Shown here: positions 1 to 7,388 of the stretch, in pieces
Numbering within the stretch: position 1 is the stretch's first letter
Layout: each line of letters starts with the position of its first letter
Source of the DNA: Candidatus Bathyarchaeia archaeon
GTDB taxonomy: Archaea; Thermoproteota; Bathyarchaeia; Bathyarchaeales; Bathycorpusculaceae
DNA: 10,470 bases
NCBI GenBank assembly: GCA_038882655.1
Contig: JAVZNT010000023.1
Location: forward strand, 1-10,470
Reading direction: 5' to 3'
Translations under genes and position numbers: made by a program
The notes under the pieces: generated by a model
The model's input: the letters and a program-made list of their open reading frames with translations, nothing else
Databases searched by the model: none
Told to the model about the DNA's origin: nothing

Positions 1-25
1 TAGCTTTTTGCGGGATGGGCGTCTA

Positions 26-253
26 ATGGAAGATAGACTTGCAAGCTTCAAGGCAAAATACAAACGCTTCTTAAGGGATGGAAGCGAAGACCCCTTAACC
101 CTAATAGCGGAAGCGGAAGGACTTCTTGCCGAAATTAGGGCTAAGGGCGACCAAAAACTTGCAAAGGAGTTTGAGGAAATCCTAATAGACTTATCCTTCG
201 CGGTTGAAGAGACAAAATGCCACTGTCACATGGCGAACCGCTGCAGATGCTGA
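26..253 (+). CDS. Small hypothetical helical protein (75 aa from ATG 26) with a Cys/His-rich C-terminus (KCHCHMANRCRC)
   Basis: ORF-track ORF 8..253 begins at TTG; the in-frame ATG at 26 is the more likely start. Amphipathic, charged helical composition. It does not overlap other genes and converges on sdhB with a 21-nt gap. No family recognised. Confidence 0.65.
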   Translation: MEDRLASFKAKYKRFLRDGSEDPLTLIAEAEGLLAEIRAKGDQKLAKEFEEILIDLSFAVEETKCHCHMANRCRC

Positions 254-274
254 AAGGTAGAGGAAGGAAAAGGT
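254..274 (-). terminator. Putative archaeal pyrimidine/oligo-T terminator of the sdhA-sdhB operon
   Basis: Immediately after the sdhB TAG the minus strand reads ACCTTTTCCTTCCTCTACCTT, a pyrimidine tract with a T4 run in the convergent gap. Confidence 0.3.
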
Positions 275-1840
275 CTACAAAGTTTCTTTTAAGATTTCGA
301 GGATGTCTCTAACGGCTATTTTTTCTTCCGCTTCCAGAACTTTTATGGCGTCTTCAAGGGTTGTTATGCAGAAGGGGCATGCCACAGCTATAATTTCAGC
401 GCCAAGTTCTAAGGCTTCCTTAACACGGTTTACACATGGTCTCTTTTCCGGTTGGGCTTCTTCTGTCCAGACTCTTCCGGCTCCGCCACCGCAGCAGAAG
501 CTGGCTTCTTTTGTGCGTTTCATTTCGATAAGCTCTAAGCCGTTTATTGACTGGAGAATCCGCCTTGGCTCCTCATAGATTTGGTTTCGCTTTCCTAAGA
601 AGCATGGGTCGTGGTAGGCAACCCGTCTACCGTATGGTTTTGTGGGTTTTAATGCGCCTTTTTCTACGGCTTCGGCCAAAAACTGTGTGTAGTGCTGGAC
701 GTTTAGCGCTAAATCCTTGTAGGGTTTGTCGTTTTTGAAGGTGTTGTAGCAGTGGGGCGAAACGGTCACGATGCTGTTCGCATTAAACTTCTTGAAAACA
801 TCAACGTTATGTTCTGCAAGCATTTCAAACAAGCCCTTCTCGCCCATGCGTAGTATGTGGTCTCCGCAGCACCACTCTTCTTCGCCTAAAGTGGCATAGT
901 CAACGCCAAGTCTGTCAAAAATTGTTGCCATTGTTCTGGCTAATTCCTTGTTCCTAGCATCATAGGCGGTTGAGCAACACACGAAAAAGAGAACATTCGC
1001 TTTCGTCACATTTGGATAGGTTTTAACATTTAAGCCTTCAGCCCAAGCCATTCGCTTGCTCTGATGGGTTCCCATTGGATTGTGGTATTTCATAACGCTT
1101 TCCAAAACGTCCTTAACAGTTCTTGGGAGGGCGCCCATCTCCACTAGGAGGCTGCGGTCTTCAACAACAGAGTTTGCACAGTTAACAAGCTTCGGACAGA
1201 AAAGCGTGCACGAATTGCATGATGTGCAGAGCCAAACATTGTCACCCATGGGCTTCAGTCTCTCGTCTAAGCCTTCATCTCTCGAATCGGCAATAAACCT
1301 GTAATTGGCTGTTAAAGTCGAGGGCCCAAGAAACCTTTCATCTATGGCTGCTGGACAGGCGGAATGGCAAATCGAACACTTGGTGCATAGCGTCAAATCC
1401 CAGTATTTTTTGAGGTCTTCTGGAGACTGTGTAAACTCTTCAGGCTTTTTGAAGGCGTCTGCCGGCTTAACAAGCACAGTTTTGATTTTTCTGAAGTTTT
1501 GGAAGAAGGGCTGTATATCGACAACCAAATCCCTTACAACTGGGAGATTTGATAGGGGCTCAATGGTTATTTTGTCGGTGTTAATATCTAAAATTTGCGT
1601 GTAGCAAGCCAGCATCGGCTTGCCGTTGATGTTTACTGCACAGCTTCCGCAAATTCCCATTCTACATGAGTGCCTAAACGTGAGCGTTTCATCCAGATTC
1701 TCCTTGACATAGTTGAGCACATCTAAGATTGTTGTTCCGCGGCGGATTGGTACTTTAAACGTGGAAATGTAACGCCTATTCGTGTCTGGGTCGTAGCGTC
1801 GAATTCTGAATTCAACAACCTTAACAACTTCACCATTCAT
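275..1840 (-). CDS. sdhB: Succinate dehydrogenase/fumarate reductase iron-sulfur subunit fused to two C-terminal CCG (HdrD/HdrB-like) domains; TfrB-like architecture
   Basis: [2Fe-2S] motif SCRMGICGSC...LAC; SdhB-typical IEPL...PVVRDLVVD; two CxxCxxCxxxCP motifs (CTKCSICHSACP, CTSCNSCTLFCP); FLGP; CCG domains EEWCCG...SPHC and YHDPC...SFCCGGGAG...ACPFC. ATG at 1840 lies 8 nt after an AGGAGG that overlaps the sdhA stop (the ORF track starts at 1846). Confidence 0.9.
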   Translation of the reverse strand: MNGEVVKVVEFRIRRYDPDTNRRYISTFKVPIRRGTTILDVLNYVKENLDETLTFRHSCRMGICGSCAVNINGKPMLACYTQILDINTDKITIEPLSNLPVVRDLVVDIQPFFQNFRKIKTVLVKPADAFKKPEEFTQSPEDLKKYWDLTLCTKCSICHSACPAAIDERFLGPSTLTANYRFIADSRDEGLDERLKPMGDNVWLCTSCNSCTLFCPKLVNCANSVVEDRSLLVEMGALPRTVKDVLESVMKYHNPMGTHQSKRMAWAEGLNVKTYPNVTKANVLFFVCCSTAYDARNKELARTMATIFDRLGVDYATLGEEEWCCGDHILRMGEKGLFEMLAEHNVDVFKKFNANSIVTVSPHCYNTFKNDKPYKDLALNVQHYTQFLAEAVEKGALKPTKPYGRRVAYHDPCFLGKRNQIYEEPRRILQSINGLELIEMKRTKEASFCCGGGAGRVWTEEAQPEKRPCVNRVKEALELGAEIIAVACPFCITTLEDAIKVLEAEEKIAVRDILEILKETL

Positions 1841-1848
1841 GTGCAAAT

Positions 1849-1854
1849 CCTCCT
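1849..1854 (-). promoter_or_regulatory. Shine-Dalgarno site (AGGAGG) for sdhB, overlapping the sdhA stop codon
   Basis: Minus strand reads TAGGAGGATTTGCACATG. Confidence 0.7.
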
Positions 1855-3553
1855 AGTACTTTCTGGCGGCGGGCTGCCACTTTGTAATAGTAACTGGAAC
1901 ATACTCGAGTCTCGGTCCCTCCACAGTATAATTCGCCAGCGTGTGGACAAGCCACTTCTCGTCGTCGCGTTTCGGATAGTCAAGCCTTGAGTGGGCGCCG
2001 CGTGATTCGGTTCTTGCCAGTGCGCTTATAACGGTGACTTCAGCTAAGTCCAGCATGAAATCAAGCTGAAGGGCGGCTGTAAACCCTGTGTTGAAGGTTT
2101 TGCCCTTATCCTCCACCTTTATGTGCTTAAATCGTTCCTTGAGCATTCTAACCTCTTTTAAGGCGCTTTTCAGCTCTTCGCCTGTTCTGAAAATCCAAAC
2201 CTTAGTGTTCATAAGCCTCCTCATCTCATCCCTCAATTGGGGGACCCTTTCGCTGCCTTCGCTTCCAAGGATTCCGTCAAAAACCCGTTTTTCTTCGGCT
2301 AAAGCTTTTTCCTCCGGAAATTCATGAAAACTGGCAGACATAACATATTTTGCTGCTTCCTCTCCTGCAACAGCCCCAAAGACTAGGCATTCAGCTGTTG
2401 AGTTTGTTCCAAGCCTGTTAGCGCCGTGAAGGCTTAGACATGAGCATTCGCCGGCGGCATACAAACCTTTGATGTGAGTTTCAGTTCTTATGTTGGCTTT
2501 AATTCCGCCCATGGAATAGTGGGCTGCTGGACGAATTGGTATGGGCTCTTTGACGGGATCAACTCCGCCAAGCTTTATGGCGACATCCCTTATGAGCGGC
2601 AGCCTCTCGTTAATTTTCTCCTCGCCCAAGTGCCTAAGGTCCAAGGCAATGTATGGACCGTAAGGACCCGTAAAGGCTCTCCCTTCGAGAATTTCGGTTT
2701 GCTCAGCCCTTGAGACCACGTCGCGGGGAGCCAATTCCATCTTTTCTGGGGCATAGCGTTTCATGAAGCGCTCTCCAAGGGCGTTATACAGATAGCCGCC
2801 CTCACCTCGTGCGCCTTCAGTGATTAGTACGCCTGAGGGCACTAAGCCTGTTGGGTGGAACTGGACAAACTCCATGTCTTCGAGGGGTGCGCCAGCTCGA
2901 TAAGCCATAGTCATGCCATCACCAGTCGTTGTATGGGAGAAAGTTGTAAACTCGTATATGCGCTCGTGACCGCCAGTAGCCATCACAACGGCTTTAGCCT
3001 TAAAAGCGTGCATCTCGCCTGTTTCAAGCTCTATGGCTGTTAAACCCGCTACAGTGTTGTCTTCAACTATTAGCGAGGTGGCAAACCACTCGTCATAAAA
3101 CTTCACGTTGTCGTAGGTTGTGGCTTTCCCGTAAAGCGTGTGCATCTCATGAAAACCAGTCATGTCAGCCGCAAAACAAGCCCTTGGATAAGTGTGACCG
3201 CCGAAGGGGCGCTGGTCTATTTTCCCTTCTGCTGTGCGGCTCCATGGGCAACCCCAATGCTCCATCAAAATAATTTCTTTGGGCGCCTGCCTAACAAAGA
3301 ATTCCACAACGTCCTGGTCTGCTAGATAGTCGGCGCCCTTCACAGTGTCAAAGGCATGCAAGTCGAAGGAGTCTTCTTCCCGCATGACAGCGGCTGTTCC
3401 GCCCTGTGCACAAACGGAATGCGACCTCAAAGGGTGAAGCTTAGAAATCACTGCTATGTCCAGTTTGTTGTTGAACTCTGCAGCCGCAACGGCAGCCCTT
3501 AAGCCAGCCAAGCCCGCGCCAACAATAACTATGTCATGGTTGTGCTTCTCCAT
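1853..3553 (-). CDS. sdhA: Succinate dehydrogenase/fumarate reductase flavoprotein subunit
   Basis: FAD-binding [11 protein letters not shown]; covalent-flavinylation motif [10 protein letters not shown]; QRPFGG; catalytic motifs [33 protein letters not shown]; C-terminal ESRGAH. The start is probably ATG 3553 (or 3565) rather than GTG 3595, which lies too close to the predicted TATA box. Confidence 0.93.
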   Translation of the reverse strand: MEKHNHDIVIVGAGLAGLRAAVAAAEFNNKLDIAVISKLHPLRSHSVCAQGGTAAVMREEDSFDLHAFDTVKGADYLADQDVVEFFVRQAPKEIILMEHWGCPWSRTAEGKIDQRPFGGHTYPRACFAADMTGFHEMHTLYGKATTYDNVKFYDEWFATSLIVEDNTVAGLTAIELETGEMHAFKAKAVVMATGGHERIYEFTTFSHTTTGDGMTMAYRAGAPLEDMEFVQFHPTGLVPSGVLITEGARGEGGYLYNALGERFMKRYAPEKMELAPRDVVSRAEQTEILEGRAFTGPYGPYIALDLRHLGEEKINERLPLIRDVAIKLGGVDPVKEPIPIRPAAHYSMGGIKANIRTETHIKGLYAAGECSCLSLHGANRLGTNSTAECLVFGAVAGEEAAKYVMSASFHEFPEEKALAEEKRVFDGILGSEGSERVPQLRDEMRRLMNTKVWIFRTGEELKSALKEVRMLKERFKHIKVEDKGKTFNTGFTAALQLDFMLDLAEVTVISALARTESRGAHSRLDYPKRDDEKWLVHTLANYTVEGPRLEYVPVTITKWQPAARKY

Positions 3554-3602
3554 TAATGATACCATCCAATTTTGAGGGAATACCCTAGTTTTCACCTTCT
3601 AA

Positions 3603-3618
3603 CCTTTATATTTTTCCA
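3603..3618 (-). promoter_or_regulatory. Putative BRE/TATA promoter for sdhA-sdhB
   Basis: Minus strand TGGAAAAATATAAAGG: purine-rich BRE-like bases followed by TATAAA (3605-3610), about 50 nt upstream of ATG 3553. Confidence 0.5.
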
Positions 3619-3630
3619 GCAAAACCTCAA

Positions 3631-3692
3631 TGTTTAAACCTATTTTAAGGCGAAACCAATAGAATTGTTAAAAGCTACGCTGTAACTGGTGA
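3631..3692 (+). promoter_or_regulatory. Putative promoter region and RBS for accC
   Basis: Several TATA-like candidates (TTTAAA 3633-3638, TTTTAA 3643-3648, TTAAAA 3668-3673) and GGTGA at 3688-3692 upstream of ATG 3703. I cannot tell which TATA is used. Confidence 0.4.
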
Positions 3693-3702
3693 AGGGCGGG
3701 AA

Positions 3703-5214
3703 ATGTTCCATAATGTTCTAGTCGCCAATAGGGGAGAAATCGCTTTAAGGGTGATTAGGGCATGTAGGGAACTCGGCGTCAAGACAGTAGCCGTCTACTC
3801 AGAAGCAGACGTCAACTCGCTTCATGTTCAATACGCCGACGAATGCTATTTTATAGGCACAGCAGAGCCTAGCCAAAGCTACCTAAACATAGGGAAAATA
3901 ATTGAAACAGCCAAAAAATCCGGCTGCGAAGCCATCCATCCCGGATACGGTTTTCTATCCCAAATACCAAGCTTTGCAGAAGCATGTACAAAAAATGGTT
4001 TAGAGTTTATAGGACCCCCAGCCGAAGTGCTAAGGCAGATGGGGAATAAAGTTAAGGCTCGAAAGGCTGCGGCAGAAGCCGGAGTGCCCGTTATCCCCGG
4101 AAGCCTAAAGCCCACTAGCAGTCCAGAAGAAGCTTTAGAACTAGCCGAAGAGGTTGGTTATCCAGTTTTGGTTAAGGCTGTTTATGGGGGCGGCGGGAAG
4201 GGCATGCGCCTCGTCAAAAGCCATGACGAAATGTGCCAAGTCTTGGAGACCGCTGCCTTAGAGGCGCAGTCATCCTTTGGAAGTCGCGAAATCTACGTTG
4301 AAAAGTTTCTTCCAAGGGCTAGGCACATAGAATTCCAAATATTAGCTGACAAGAAGGGGAGGGTTATCCATTTAGGCGAGAGGGAATGCTCAATCCAAAG
4401 GCGTTATCAGAAGCTCATTGAGGAGACGCCTTCGCCATTCATGACTTTGGAGCTGAGGAAAGAGATGGGCATGGCAGCTCTAAAAATTGCGAAAGCTATA
4501 AACTATGTTAATGCTGGAACCGTCGAGTTCCTTGTAGACCAGCATGGCAACTATTACTTTTTGGAGATGAACACTAGGCTTCAAGTGGAGCACTTGATAA
4601 CCGAAATGGTAACGGGCATAGACATAGTTAAAGAGCAGATAAAAATCGCCGCTGGAGAAAAACTCGAATACAGCCAGAGGAATGTGCTAATTCGTGGACA
4701 CGCCATCAACTGCCGAATAAACGCTGAAGACCCCTACGAAAACTTCGCGCCATCGCCGGGAACTGTTACAAATCTGCGTTTGCCAGGCGGTCCTGGGGTT
4801 AGGATTGACACACACCTTTACGCTGGCTACACGGTGTCAGTTTTCTACGACCCGTTGGTTGCAAAGCTTGCTGTTTGGGGTTTAAGCCGCCTAGAAGCCA
4901 TAAAGAGAATGCGCAACGCTCTAGACGAATTCGTGATAGAGGGGATTAAAACCACAATACCACTCCATAGGCGGATAATGAAGGACGAAGACTTCTTGAG
5001 GGGCGACATCCACATAAACTTCGTTGACGATAGAATTGAGAAGCTTCTTCCAGAAAAAGCCTTAACGGAGGAGGAGATAGCCGCGATTACCGCTGTGCTG
5101 GCTAACCAAACTGGCAAAGCTAAAGTTAAGGCGTTAATTCCTAAGCGCGAACAGAAGGGAGTTTCCTTTTGGAAGATTGCTGACAGAAGTAGGAGGCTGA
5201 GGCGAACCCTTTGA
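3703..5214 (+). CDS. accC: Biotin carboxylase subunit of an acetyl-/propionyl-CoA carboxylase
   Basis: VLVANRGEIALR, HPGYGFLS, GGGGKGMR, RHIEFQ, ERECSIQRRYQK, GTVEF, EMNTRLQVEH, CRINAEDP, PGGPGVRID; C-terminal EEEIAAITAVL...W helix. Confidence 0.95.
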   Translation: MFHNVLVANRGEIALRVIRACRELGVKTVAVYSEADVNSLHVQYADECYFIGTAEPSQSYLNIGKIIETAKKSGCEAIHPGYGFLSQIPSFAEACTKNGLEFIGPPAEVLRQMGNKVKARKAAAEAGVPVIPGSLKPTSSPEEALELAEEVGYPVLVKAVYGGGGKGMRLVKSHDEMCQVLETAALEAQSSFGSREIYVEKFLPRARHIEFQILADKKGRVIHLGERECSIQRRYQKLIEETPSPFMTLELRKEMGMAALKIAKAINYVNAGTVEFLVDQHGNYYFLEMNTRLQVEHLITEMVTGIDIVKEQIKIAAGEKLEYSQRNVLIRGHAINCRINAEDPYENFAPSPGTVTNLRLPGGPGVRIDTHLYAGYTVSVFYDPLVAKLAVWGLSRLEAIKRMRNALDEFVIEGIKTTIPLHRRIMKDEDFLRGDIHINFVDDRIEKLLPEKALTEEEIAAITAVLANQTGKAKVKALIPKREQKGVSFWKIADRSRRLRRTL

Positions 5215-5750
5215 AAATCTACGAAGTTTTGGTTGGCAATAAGGCACACAACGTTAAAGTTTTGAAAGAAGAGAATAACTATTTCCTAGCGGATGTTGAT
5301 GGGAAAACTGTTGAAGTTAAATTTGCAAACTCTGGCGGCGGAAAATTCTCTTTAGAAATAAATGGCGAAAAACTTTCGACAGAGCTCTTGAAGATTTCTG
5401 GAAACATTATGCGGGTTAAAGTTGGAAGGAAAACCTTCGAGGTTCAATATCTCACACCAACATTTAAACCGGAAACCCTTAAAATTGAGCCATCTCCTGC
5501 TTCACCTAAAAAGCCCGCTGTTAACCTTGCGGTTAGGAAGAATGCTGTTTTAGCCCCTATAGCTGGAAGAATAGTGGCATTAAAAGTTGGTGTTGGACAG
5601 AAGGTTTCTATGGGAGATTGCGTATGCATTTTGGAAGCCATGAAGATGGCGAACAAGGTTACAGCGCCCAAGGACGGGGTTGTTAAGGAAGTCCTAGTTT
5701 CCGAAGGGGCTGTTGTGAATAAGGGAGATGTTTTGGCAGTTATCGCCTAG
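5211..5750 (+). CDS. accB: Biotin carboxyl carrier protein of an acyl-CoA carboxylase
   Basis: Biotinylation motif LEAMKM (Lys codon 5643-5645); APIAGRIV, APKDGVV, VNKGDVL; Pro-rich linker; beta-rich N-terminal domain; TTGA start/stop overlap with accC. Confidence 0.92.
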   Translation: MKIYEVLVGNKAHNVKVLKEENNYFLADVDGKTVEVKFANSGGGKFSLEINGEKLSTELLKISGNIMRVKVGRKTFEVQYLTPTFKPETLKIEPSPASPKKPAVNLAVRKNAVLAPIAGRIVALKVGVGQKVSMGDCVCILEAMKMANKVTAPKDGVVKEVLVSEGAVVNKGDVLAVIA

Positions 5751-5765
5751 AAACTTTTTTATAAC
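5750..5765 (+). promoter_or_regulatory. Possible internal promoter for mce-MFS-birA and/or T-tract terminator of accC-accB
   Basis: GAAACTTTTTTATAAC directly after the accB stop contains a T6 run and TTTATAA, about 50 nt upstream of mce ATG 5815. Confidence 0.35.
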
Positions 5766-5814
5766 AAAGGATAATTGCATTTAAACCTCCAGCAAGAAAG
5801 GGTTGAATAGGCAC

Positions 5815-6216
5815 ATGTTTATTGGAACAGATCATGTTGGCGTGGCTGTTAAAAATTTGGATGAGGCTATTAGCGTTTACCGTGACATTCTTGGTTTTAA
5901 GCTTTTAGGCGTTCATGTCCTAACAGAGCGGAAGGTTAAGGTGGCTTTTTTCTCCACTGGTGGCGAAACTCAAATTGAGCTTTTAGAACCTTTGGACAGT
6001 GATAGTCCAGTTGCAAAATTCCTTGAAAACCGAGGTGAGGGCATCCACCATATAGCCGTAAAAGTGGACGATATTGAAAAAGCTTTAGAGGTGCTTAAAG
6101 GGAAGGGCGTTATTCTTGTTGATGAAAAGCCAAGGACTGGTGCTGAAGGAAAGAAAATAGCCTTTGTCCACCCAAAAAGCACGAAGGGTGTTCTGCTAGA
6201 GCTCGTTATGGTGTAA
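5815..6216 (+). CDS. mce: Methylmalonyl-CoA epimerase (VOC/glyoxalase superfamily)
   Basis: Metal-ligand motifs [36 protein letters not shown] are typical of MCE; context next to a biotin-dependent carboxylase. ATG 5815 is preferred over TTG 5803. Confidence 0.92.
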   Translation: MFIGTDHVGVAVKNLDEAISVYRDILGFKLLGVHVLTERKVKVAFFSTGGETQIELLEPLDSDSPVAKFLENRGEGIHHIAVKVDDIEKALEVLKGKGVILVDEKPRTGAEGKKIAFVHPKSTKGVLLELVMV

Positions 6217-6273
6217 AATGCATAAATTGAGACTTGCTTGACATTGTAGGGGGGCTGAAGCCTTCTGCGTTCC

Positions 6274-7386
6274 GTGAAAACAGTCTTTCTCATCCAGTCT
6301 TTCCACTCCTTTGCCAGCGGCATCCTCGGTGTCGTAATCCCACTGATAATGAAGGAGAGACGCATAGACATAGTCCTAATAGGCTTCGTTTTCGCAGCTA
6401 TGCCCCTAATAATGCAGGTGGGCAGAATGTTTTTCGCCACTCTGTCAGACTTTTTTGGAAGGAAACCCTTTTTTATGGCTAATGGCTTTTTGGGCGCAAT
6501 ATCAAGTCTCATCTACTATTTCGCCCACACACCAATGGAGTTCCTCTTCGGAAAAGTTGCAGAAGGAACAAAAGAGGGCGCCATATGGGCTGTAAATAGG
6601 GCTTACCTCCTAGAAAGAAGTCAGGGAAACTGGAGACTCTTGGTAAATTTAAGAACGATTGTCTATATTGCCTTCGCCGTCGGAAGCCTCATAGCCGGAT
6701 TCTTGGCGGCGCTCATCCTCTACGAGGGGACGATGATCTTATGCGTTATTCTAGGCATTTTAGGATTTCTCCTCTCCTTCACCTTAATTGATGAAAGGAA
6801 GGGGAATTTCACTGTTAAACAAGCCCTTCGCGTTCTAGACTTTAGGAAGAAAGGGCGAAAGTTCAAAATTTTCATTTTTCTCTTCTTTATGATAGGCTTG
6901 GCCTTCGGCTTCCGCTCCGGATACGTAATCCCATACTTTCTAAACGCTGTTGGTTTTTCCCCAGAGGATGTTGGACTAATTTTTGGCGCCATGATTCTTA
7001 TGGCTGGCTTATCCTCATACATCTTCTCCAGATACTACGACGTGAAGAAACTCATTTTGATAAGTGGAATAATTTATTCAGCTCTCCTCATCCCCTTAGG
7101 ATTATCTCCTGCCATTCTTGCCGCCGTCTTGGTGGTTGCTGTTGGCTTTGCCGAGGGAATAAACAGTGTAGGACATGAGGGAATATTATCAAAAATATGC
7201 GATGAGGAGTCTTACGGGACTGATATTGGCTTGCTTATGATGGGCCTCCACTTGGGCGAGTCGGCAAGCCTAGCCCTAAGCGGTATACTAATCGCAAACT
7301 GGGGCTTCACAGTTTCCTTTGCACTGGCAGCCACAATATACGCAGTTTTCTATGTTGGCGCATTCACATTATATGGGGAGAAATAG
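6274..7386 (+). CDS. Major facilitator superfamily (MFS) transporter
   Basis: 370 aa with about 12 hydrophobic segments, MFS motif A-like ATLSDFFGRKP after TM2 and a basic central loop. The start codon is uncertain. Confidence 0.85.
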   Translation: MKTVFLIQSFHSFASGILGVVIPLIMKERRIDIVLIGFVFAAMPLIMQVGRMFFATLSDFFGRKPFFMANGFLGAISSLIYYFAHTPMEFLFGKVAEGTKEGAIWAVNRAYLLERSQGNWRLLVNLRTIVYIAFAVGSLIAGFLAALILYEGTMILCVILGILGFLLSFTLIDERKGNFTVKQALRVLDFRKKGRKFKIFIFLFFMIGLAFGFRSGYVIPYFLNAVGFSPEDVGLIFGAMILMAGLSSYIFSRYYDVKKLILISGIIYSALLIPLGLSPAILAAVLVVAVGFAEGINSVGHEGILSKICDEESYGTDIGLLMMGLHLGESASLALSGILIANWGFTVSFALAATIYAVFYVGAFTLYGEK

Positions 7387-7388
7387 CC

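Noticed and set aside
2655-2676. Short tandem repeat GGACCGTAA/GGACCCGTAA
   Set aside because: Reflects the GPYGPY peptide within sdhA; only two imperfect copies.
303-3325. Plus-strand ORFs opposite sdhB and sdhA (303..578, 547..738, 1080..1304, 1305..1604, 2088..2327, 2474..2713, 2855..3043, 3140..3325)
   Set aside because: Antisense shadows of strongly supported genes with no recognisable motifs.
1853-3553. L-aspartate oxidase (NadB) or APS reductase as alternative identities for the flavoprotein
   Set aside because: The covalent-FAD His motif, QRPFGG and the coupled SdhB-type Fe-S gene indicate SdhA/FrdA.
3575-3657. Small inverted repeat AGGG-AATA-CCCT (3575-3586), palindrome GTTTAAAC (3632-3639) and recurring AAACC words as operator sites
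   Set aside because: Arms of 4 bp and irregular spacing are expected by chance in AT-rich DNA; phylogenetic footprinting would be needed.
3703-5750. Calling accC/accB a pyruvate carboxylase (PycA/PycB)
   Set aside because: The biotinylated subunit is only 179 aa with no TIM-barrel carboxyltransferase domain; the BT-like segments and adjacent mce favour an acyl-CoA carboxylase.
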